This document shows positions 35,496-41,772 of a DNA stretch of 41,772 bases, in pieces. The notes beneath the pieces are model-generated. The model was not told the origin of the DNA. It made no database searches and saw only the letters and a list, made by a program, of their open reading frames with translations. The translations under genes were made by a program, and so were the position numbers. Each line of letters starts with the position of its first letter. The first letter of the stretch is position 1. The stretch is from the NCBI GenBank assembly GCA_028706105.1, contig JAQWCF010000003.1, positions 1 through 41,772 on the forward strand, read 5' to 3'. The DNA is from Candidatus Margulisiibacteriota bacterium (lineage in GTDB: Bacteria > Margulisbacteria > Riflemargulisbacteria > GWF2-35-9 > DYQY01).

Positions 35496-36599
35496 ATGGG
35501 TGATCAAGGAGATAAAACCGAAGAACCTACCCCTCATAAACTAAGGGAAGCACGTAAAAAAGGGCAGGTAGTTAAGAGTAAGGAGATTACTACTGCCTTT
35601 TTGTTTTTTGCTTCATATTATGCCTTAAACGCTTTTTTACCACAAATGTGGCAAAATATGACTGATTTTTTCCTTTTATGTTTCACATCAGTAAGGGAAG
35701 AGATAACGATTGTTTCTGCAGCAAAGATTCTCGAGAAAGGCTACCATGCTTTAATGTTTTCGTTATTGCCAATAATGCTTATTATTTTTTTTGTGGCAAT
35801 TTTATTGGAGTTTTTGCAGTCTGGTTTTAATTTTTCGGTTGACCCTCTGATGCCAAAGCTTAATAAAATTAATCCAATCGAAGGATTTAAAAAAATCTTT
35901 TCCGTGAAAGGACTTTTTGAGTTAGCAAAATCAATCGCTAAGATGGGGATAATAGTTTTTATTATGGTTAAGGCTATCACGCCGATTCTGCCTCAATTAT
36001 TAGAAACAGCCAATATGCCAGTCCTTGGTTCCGTTGGAATGGCCGGAAAACTAGCCTTTGATGTTGCTATCAGGGTTGGGCTTTTCTTTTTAGTTGTGGC
36101 TGCTCTTGATTATTTTTGGCAAAGGCATCAATTTATGAAGCAGATGAGGATGAGTAAACAAGAGATTAAAGATGAATATAAGAAGTTGGAGGGTGACCCC
36201 TTAATCAAACAAAGGCAACGAGATATGGCTTTATCGTTGTCAGGAGGTAGACAGTCCAAGGGCGCTGCAGGAGCAGACGCTGTTGTCACAAATCCAACTC
36301 ACATAGCTGTTGCAATTAAGTATGACGCAGAGATAATGAAGGCACCTGAAGTTGTAGCAAAAGGAAAGATGTTGATTGCGGAAGAGATTAAGAAAGTAGC
36401 TGATGAAAATTATATTTATATTTTGGAAGATAAATTATTAGCTTGGGATTTGTTTAATACAACGGAAGTTGGACAGGAGGTCCCGCCAGATTTATACACA
36501 GAAGTTGCTGAATTGCTTGCTCTGGTGTATGAAATTAAAAGAAAGAGAAAAAAACGAAATCAACAAGAAAATGAGGTGAAAGATGAAAAATCTAAATAA
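35496..36599 (+). CDS. flhB: Flagellar export switch protein FlhB
   Basis: N-terminal EEPTPHKLREARKKGQV and the NPTH autocleavage site (VVTNPTHIAVAIKY). Confidence 0.93.
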   Translation: MGDQGDKTEEPTPHKLREARKKGQVVKSKEITTAFLFFASYYALNAFLPQMWQNMTDFFLLCFTSVREEITIVSAAKILEKGYHALMFSLLPIMLIIFFVAILLEFLQSGFNFSVDPLMPKLNKINPIEGFKKIFSVKGLFELAKSIAKMGIIVFIMVKAITPILPQLLETANMPVLGSVGMAGKLAFDVAIRVGLFFLVVAALDYFWQRHQFMKQMRMSKQEIKDEYKKLEGDPLIKQRQRDMALSLSGGRQSKGAAGADAVVTNPTHIAVAIKYDAEIMKAPEVVAKGKMLIAEEIKKVADENYIYILEDKLLAWDLFNTTEVGQEVPPDLYTEVAELLALVYEIKRKRKKRNQQENEVKDEKSK

Positions 36600-37137
36600 A
36601 ATAATTTGGCCGATTTTTATTATTCTGCTTTCTTTGACAGGAATATATATTTACGAACAAGGAAAATCAAAGAGCATTCAAGTTGTGGAAAGAGTGCAAG
36701 AAGTTCAGGAGATAAAAAAAATTGTTGTTCAGGTGGATGGCGCTGTTTTGCATCCAGGTATTTATCAGGTAACAGAAAATTTACATTTATATGAGCTTTT
36801 ATTAATGGTTCAGCCTTTGCCGGATGCTGATTTGCAAAAGTTCAATTTGGCCGAGGTGCTTAAAGATGGTGCGTTATATAGAATTCCAGCACTAAAGAAG
36901 GAAATTGCTAAGCCAGCCCTGTCCAGCGTTTCAAAAGTAATTGGTAAAATTAATATCAATAAAGCTACGGCGGAGGAGCTTAGTAAGATACCGGGGATTG
37001 GGATTAGTTATGCGGAGAGAATAGTCGAATATAGAAACGAAAAAGGCTATTTTGGTGACAAGAATGAGCTTTTGAAGGTCAAGGGTATTGGCCCTTCCAA
37101 ATTAAAAGCTATGGCGAACAATATCACTCTGGATTAG
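36583..37137 (+). CDS. comEA: ComEA-family DNA-binding competence protein (TM anchor + SLBB + tandem HhH)
   Basis: N-terminal TM helix, VQVDGAVLHPGIYQV SLBB motif, C-terminal ININKATAEELSKIPGIG...VKGIGPSKL. Confidence 0.85.
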   Translation: MKNLNKIIWPIFIILLSLTGIYIYEQGKSKSIQVVERVQEVQEIKKIVVQVDGAVLHPGIYQVTENLHLYELLLMVQPLPDADLQKFNLAEVLKDGALYRIPALKKEIAKPALSSVSKVIGKININKATAEELSKIPGIGISYAERIVEYRNEKGYFGDKNELLKVKGIGPSKLKAMANNITLD

Positions 37138-37146
37138 AATAAAACT

Positions 37147-39150
37147 ATGGTAAGTGAAAAGAAAATATTAAAACGAATTAAAGAATTAGTAAGCGAAATA
37201 AAAGAGCATAATCAAAATTATTATGACGAGGATGCTCCTGTAATAACAGATTTTGAATATGATACTAAGGTCAAAGAATTAACTTATTTGGAAGAAAACT
37301 ATCCACATCTTGTGTTCGCTGACTCGCCAACAAACCAAGTTGGTGGCACTGTTTCCGCTTCGTTTCAGAAAGTTAAACATCAAGTACCAATGCTTAGTTT
37401 AGCAAACTCTTATTCCAAACAAGAGTTAATAGATTTCGATGCTCGAGTGAGGAAGCTTTTGCTTAAAGAAGTGGAACAATTTTCAGCCTTAAAGTATTGT
37501 TGTGAGTTAAAAATGGATGGATTGGCCATTAGTATTATTTACAAAGATGGTCATTTGGTAAAAGGTATTACCAGAGGAGACGGCAAGATTGGTGAAGACG
37601 TAACCGAGAACATCAAAATGATTGCTGTTATTCCACATAGTATTTTGTGTAAAGAAGATGTCGAGATAAGAGGGGAAGTTTATTTAGAAAAGGATAGATT
37701 AGCTAAAATTAATGAGCAGAGAAAGCAAGAAGGTGAAGCTGAATTTGCCAACGCCAGAAATGCTGCAGCAGGAACTATCAGACAGCTAGATAGCAAGATA
37801 GTTGGTGAGCGGATGTTAAGCTTTTCGCCATATTCTTTAGTGTCGGCGACAGGGTTTGGTTTGGCTACTCAATCTCAAATGTTGGGGTGGCTAAAGGTTC
37901 AAGGTTTTGTTGTAAATGATAAGTATTTAGCAGATGCTGAGATTAGTCAGGTTTTAGCTTTTTGTGAAGAATGGGAACAGAAGCGCGATTCTTTAGATTA
38001 TGTTTTTGATGGAATTGTCATTAAAGTAGAAACTTTTAAGTTTCAGGAGCTGTTAGGTTCCAATATGAAGACACCTAAATGGGCGATTGCTTATAAGTTT
38101 TTTGAAGAAGTAGTCAACACAATCTTAGCGGATGTTCTGTATCAGGTTGGCAGGTTGGGCACTATTACTCCAGTTGCTGTACTTGCGCCAGTGGAAGTGT
38201 CCGGCGCTATTGTAGAAAGGGCAACACTCCACAATAAGGACTTTATTGAAGAAAAGGGTGTTGCTATTCATGATGAAGTTGCAATTAAACGGGCGGCGGA
38301 GGTTATTCCTGCAGTTGTGATGGTTACGCATCGCAGCGAAACTAGAAAAGAAATAGTGTTTCCTACACATTGCCCTGTTTGTGAAACTTTATTGAAACAG
38401 GAAGAAGATAATGTTGCCATTTTTTGCCCAAATATACATTGTAAAGGAAGGCTTAAGGCTCAACTAACACACGTTGTTGCTAGAGATGCCTTTAATATAA
38501 GTGGCATTGGTGAAAAGTTGATAGAACAGTTTGTAGAACAAGCAATCATTACAGATTGGATAGAATTATTTGAGATTAATGGTGAGAGATTAAGTGTTTT
38601 AGAGCGAATGGGTACTAAAACAATAGAAAATATCCTCTCTCAGCTTGAGAAAGCAAAAAAAATTGGTCTTGCAAAAATTCTTTTTGCTATAGGCATCAAG
38701 CAGGTTGGTGTTAGGGCTTCTGAATTGTTGGTTTCAGCTGTTTCTTCTTATGAAGATTTTTTCAAGATGCAGGTAGAAGATTTTTCTAAGATAGAGGGCA
38801 TAGGAGAAAAAACAGCTATTTTATTGAAAGAGTTTTTTGAGAGTGAGAGAGCGAGAGAAATTTTTGTCTATTTGGAAGAGCAGGGGTTTAATCTTGCAAT
38901 AGAAAATAACTTTAAAAGCAGTAACCTTTCAGGTAAAAAGTTTGTTATTACTGGAAGTTTTGCGAGATATTCTCGTACGGAGATGACAGCTTTAATTAAA
39001 TCTCATCAGGGAACTATTTCCAGTAGTGTGAGCAAAAATGTTGATTTTGTTGTTGCTGGTGAGAATGCTGGCTCGAAATTGCAGAAAGCACAAGATTTAG
39101 GTGTTGAGATTATTAGCGAAAGTCAGCTAGAGGAGATGCTTGTAGCATGA
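37147..39150 (+). CDS. ligA: NAD-dependent DNA ligase
   Basis: KMDGLA adenylation lysine motif, four-Cys zinc finger (CPVC...CPNIHC), HhH repeats, C-terminal BRCT (GKKFVITGSF). Confidence 0.95.
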   Translation: MVSEKKILKRIKELVSEIKEHNQNYYDEDAPVITDFEYDTKVKELTYLEENYPHLVFADSPTNQVGGTVSASFQKVKHQVPMLSLANSYSKQELIDFDARVRKLLLKEVEQFSALKYCCELKMDGLAISIIYKDGHLVKGITRGDGKIGEDVTENIKMIAVIPHSILCKEDVEIRGEVYLEKDRLAKINEQRKQEGEAEFANARNAAAGTIRQLDSKIVGERMLSFSPYSLVSATGFGLATQSQMLGWLKVQGFVVNDKYLADAEISQVLAFCEEWEQKRDSLDYVFDGIVIKVETFKFQELLGSNMKTPKWAIAYKFFEEVVNTILADVLYQVGRLGTITPVAVLAPVEVSGAIVERATLHNKDFIEEKGVAIHDEVAIKRAAEVIPAVVMVTHRSETRKEIVFPTHCPVCETLLKQEEDNVAIFCPNIHCKGRLKAQLTHVVARDAFNISGIGEKLIEQFVEQAIITDWIELFEINGERLSVLERMGTKTIENILSQLEKAKKIGLAKILFAIGIKQVGVRASELLVSAVSSYEDFFKMQVEDFSKIEGIGEKTAILLKEFFESERAREIFVYLEEQGFNLAIENNFKSSNLSGKKFVITGSFARYSRTEMTALIKSHQGTISSSVSKNVDFVVAGENAGSKLQKAQDLGVEIISESQLEEMLVA

Positions 39151-39938
39151 ATATTGGGATAGATTTAGGGAGCAGAACTGTAAAAGTGGCGTATCTAGGC
39201 AGCCAAGGACAGCTATTAGATAGTAAAATTTTTGATTCTATTAGTTTTTATAGTAATTACAGAAAACCAACAGCTGGTCGCGCTTTTACTTTGGATTTAG
39301 CTAAGCTGGGCCTGTCAGCAGAAGATAGCCTAACAGCTACTGGGTATGGAAAACATGGTGTTCAGATAGAAGGAATTAAAACAATTTCAGAACAAAAAGC
39401 ACACATGTTGGGCGCGATACATCAAACAGGTCTTAATGATTTTGTGCTTCTAGATATTGGCGGTCAGGATACAAAAATAGTTAAAGTTGTGAAGGGTAAG
39501 ATGGTTGACGTATATATGAACGATAAATGTGGAGCCAGTTCAGGAAGATATTTAGAGAATATGGCGGGAGTTTTGAAAATAAGTTTAGAGGAGCTTTCTG
39601 GGCACTTTAAAGAACCACAGAGCTTAAATAATACCTGTGCTGTTTTTGGCGAATCAGAAGTTTTAAGCAAGATATTTGAAGGCGTTCCTGTGAATAATAT
39701 TGCCGCTGGAGTCAATTATAGTGTATTTGAGAGAGTTTCAACTGTTTTGTCTACTATGGTTGATGCTTCACCAATAGTTTTCGTGGGAGGAGTATCCAAA
39801 AACAAGGCAATTTATGAATTTTTACAGTTAGAATATAAGGTAAAAATCATTATTCCTCAGTATGAACAGCTAAACGGGGCTATAGGTGCAGGAATTAGTG
39901 AAAAAGTTGTTGGGAATAAAGAAAATAAACTACGATAA
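39147..39938 (+). CDS. BadF/BadG/BcrA/BcrD-type ATPase (HgdC-like CoA-enzyme activase)
   Basis: IGIDLGSRTVK, DIGGQDTK, NDKCGASSGRYLE and CAVFGESEV match the acyl-CoA dehydratase activase family. ATGA overlap with ligA. Confidence 0.8.
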   Translation: MNIGIDLGSRTVKVAYLGSQGQLLDSKIFDSISFYSNYRKPTAGRAFTLDLAKLGLSAEDSLTATGYGKHGVQIEGIKTISEQKAHMLGAIHQTGLNDFVLLDIGGQDTKIVKVVKGKMVDVYMNDKCGASSGRYLENMAGVLKISLEELSGHFKEPQSLNNTCAVFGESEVLSKIFEGVPVNNIAAGVNYSVFERVSTVLSTMVDASPIVFVGGVSKNKAIYEFLQLEYKVKIIIPQYEQLNGAIGAGISEKVVGNKENKLR

Positions 39939-39991
39939 TTTTGTTGGAATTAAGGGAAGGATTAAAACAGTAAATTTGCAACCTTTATTGT

Positions 39992-40021
39992 TTGCCAATC
40001 GCAGACCAAGTCTTGTATAAT
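39992..40021 (+). promoter_or_regulatory. Candidate promoter TTGCCA-18-(TG)TATAAT for the secreted-protein genes
   Basis: -35 at 39992-39997. Extended -10 TGTATAAT at 40014-40021. Confidence 0.5.
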
Positions 40022-40056
40022 GATATTTAGTTGAAACATCGAAGGGAGAATGGAAA

Positions 40057-40719
40057 ATGAAAAAATTATTAATAGCAGTTATTATCTTAATGTCTACAAT
40101 CATTTATGCTGAAGAGGTCAAAATGCCAAAGGTTTTTGAGCTAGATGGCTTTGAAGACGGAATAATTAGTGAAGAACCAGCTTGGTGGACCTTCGGGGAT
40201 ATTAACGCAATTCCTGTTAGCACTCAAATATATAAGGGCGACCCAATGCAAGCTTATTTAGGTAAATATTCCCTTTCACTGAAGGGTAGCACTAAAGATT
40301 GGTATGTTGGTGGACTAGGCACGTACGTGGGTATTGATGCTAGTAGATATACTCATTTGAAGATGTTTATTTATGGCAACGGTCCTAAAAGTGGTAAGTT
40401 AACTATCCAGCTTTATGACGATGACAATAAGAACTTTATTCTTGAGCAAGATGTAGAGAAAGATTATGAGCCTATTTTTGATGACAAGATTGAATTTTCT
40501 CAGACTGTATCATGGAAGGGCTGGAAAGTTATTTTGGTTCCTTTAGCAAACTTTAAGGACGTTAATCCAACTGTTGGTGACAACAAATTGAACCTTGACC
40601 AAAAGGATGGTTCTGGTGGGCTGCTGCATTTTCAGATAATTGTGCTTGCTGATGACAAAGAAGGAACAGTCGACATGGCAATAGATGATATTAAACTTAT
40701 TGACATGGTTGGCGAATAA
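40057..40719 (+). CDS. Secreted beta-sandwich protein, CBM11/CIA30-like carbohydrate-binding-type domain (tentative)
   Basis: Signal peptide. The pattern W..G......G..SL......W.G...G.D.S.Y..LK..IYG.G...KL.IQL.D and the final MAIDDIKL resemble CBM11/CIA30-like modules. Confidence 0.5.
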   Translation: MKKLLIAVIILMSTIIYAEEVKMPKVFELDGFEDGIISEEPAWWTFGDINAIPVSTQIYKGDPMQAYLGKYSLSLKGSTKDWYVGGLGTYVGIDASRYTHLKMFIYGNGPKSGKLTIQLYDDDNKNFILEQDVEKDYEPIFDDKIEFSQTVSWKGWKVILVPLANFKDVNPTVGDNKLNLDQKDGSGGLLHFQIIVLADDKEGTVDMAIDDIKLIDMVGE

Positions 40720-40728
40720 GGAGTTTTT

Positions 40729-41235
40729 ATGAAAAAAACTATAGTTATTCTTTTACTCTTAGGTGTTGTTTCTTTTTCGGCAACGGCTGTACTTAATGTT
40801 GTGGTTAATGTTCAAAGTGTTTATGAAATAAATGTAGATAGATACACTATGGAAGTGCCAAGCGTTAGACCAGGCCAGTTTTTGTCTGATATTCCAGATA
40901 ATGAAGGAATAAAGGTTAACGTTAAAACAAATAATGGGGAGCCATGGCAATTAAAAATCCATGACACCATGGAATTAACAGACGGTAATAACACCATCCC
41001 TAATTCTAATTTTTATTGGTATGGCCATTTAGGAGCTGATGCAAAGGGTGTTTGGTATGGTAAAGATGCACAAGCGTTTACTTTAGACCCTGTATTGGCA
41101 TATTCCTCCGGATTTGACGAAGATAATAACTTTCCAGATGGAACAGATTTGTACTTTAAGTTCAGATTAAATGTTCCAAAGACCCAAAATAGTGGTAAAT
41201 ACAGATCGATAGTAGCATTTACTCTCACCGAGTAG
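40729..41235 (+). CDS. Secreted hypothetical protein (168 aa)
   Basis: Signal peptide MKKTIVILLLLGVVSFSATA and GGAG RBS. No family recognised. Confidence 0.55.
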   Translation: MKKTIVILLLLGVVSFSATAVLNVVVNVQSVYEINVDRYTMEVPSVRPGQFLSDIPDNEGIKVNVKTNNGEPWQLKIHDTMELTDGNNTIPNSNFYWYGHLGADAKGVWYGKDAQAFTLDPVLAYSSGFDEDNNFPDGTDLYFKFRLNVPKTQNSGKYRSIVAFTLTE

Positions 41236-41260
41236 CCATTTATTTGAAAGGCTGTTTAAT

Positions 41261-41772
41261 ATGAAAAAGCTGTTTGTATTGTTTTTACTATTATCTAGTT
41301 TCATATTGACTTTTACCGTTCCGGTATTAGTTGAGGACAGTTATTCAACATGGGCAGATGTTCATGTTTATGATCTTTCTCCAAAAGATGATGAAGCATG
41401 GATTACTGGAGCACGTAGTCGTTATTCTGGCTTTAAATCTGCTAAGATTAAGTTTAAACTTGATCCAGGTGATACAGTGTTTGTTAAAGTTCATGCGGTA
41501 AGTCCTATTAGTTTCCCTACTTTACTTGATTCTGGGAGTAATTATATTGTTAATCCAAAATTAACCTATTATGGTTATTATGATGGAGTTAATTATGCTA
41601 ATCAATTACCTTCTGGTGTTGTTTTTGTAGGAGGGACAGATGGAATTAATAATAATGTATATTTGAGTGATGTTAATCAGCCTTTGTTTGCACTTAAGAA
41701 TAACAATATTACGCAAACGGTTGACTTAGATTTTTCATTTGATATTGTCTTAATGCCTAAAAGCGAAACAAA
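41261..41772 (+). CDS. Secreted hypothetical protein, 5' fragment (runs off the window end)
   Basis: ATG at 41261 followed by signal peptide MKKLFVLFLLLSSFILTF. The frame stays open to the last base. Absent from the ORF track because there is no stop in the window. Confidence 0.55.
   Translation, partial: MKKLFVLFLLLSSFILTFTVPVLVEDSYSTWADVHVYDLSPKDDEAWITGARSRYSGFKSAKIKFKLDPGDTVFVKVHAVSPISFPTLLDSGSNYIVNPKLTYYGYYDGVNYANQLPSGVVFVGGTDGINNNVYLSDVNQPLFALKNNNITQTVDLDFSFDIVLMPKSET

Noticed and set aside
40027-40038. TTAGTTGAAAC, identical to 15190-15200 and similar to the CRISPR repeat 3' end
   Set aside because: A single shared 11-mer is expected by chance in about 42 kb of AT-rich sequence, and there is no further repeat similarity around it.

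Overview
AT-rich chromosomal segment from a flagellated, probably diderm bacterium. It carries an hldD heptose epimerase and an LpxB-related gene; I cannot assign a taxon from sequence alone. The window is almost fully coding and mostly on the + strand.

Gene order:
- 1-7.9 kb: Xer recombinase 3' end, site-2 protease, trxB-rpiB, tRNA(CAT), PLD-family nuclease, endonuclease III, a TPR protein, a hypothetical, and an ArsR-trxA-ccdA-tlpA thiol-redox cluster.
- 7.9-10.7 kb: two minus-strand genes with no recognisable family.
- 10.8-14.7 kb: purD, rdgB, an LpxB-related gene, hldD.
- 15.3-25.1 kb: a complete type I-B CRISPR-Cas locus (cas6-cas8b-cas7-cas5-cas3-X-cas1-cas2-cas4) plus a 12-repeat array.
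- 25.4-29.1 kb: metXW, rplU-rpmA, obg.
- 29.3-36.6 kb: a flagellar hook/switch/export block (flgD-like, flgE, fliM, fliN, fliO, fliP, unknown, fliQ, fliR, flhB).
- 36.6-41.8 kb: comEA, ligA, an HgdC-type activase and three secreted proteins.

The most interesting signal is gene X (21675-22223). It is an MM3350/pRiA4b-ORF3-like protein of unknown function. It sits in the slot normally held by cas4 and abuts the cas1 start codon, while cas4 is displaced to after cas2.

Secondary signals:
- CRISPR-repeat-like fragments and a structured, GC-richer non-coding block upstream of cas6.
- An unknown secreted-protein gene wedged between fliP and fliQ.
- Octamer-phased TGAAC arrays in three gene-upstream regions.
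- A short dispersed TGAGCTYGTCGAA element.

All family calls come from motif recognition by eye and need HMM or BLAST confirmation.
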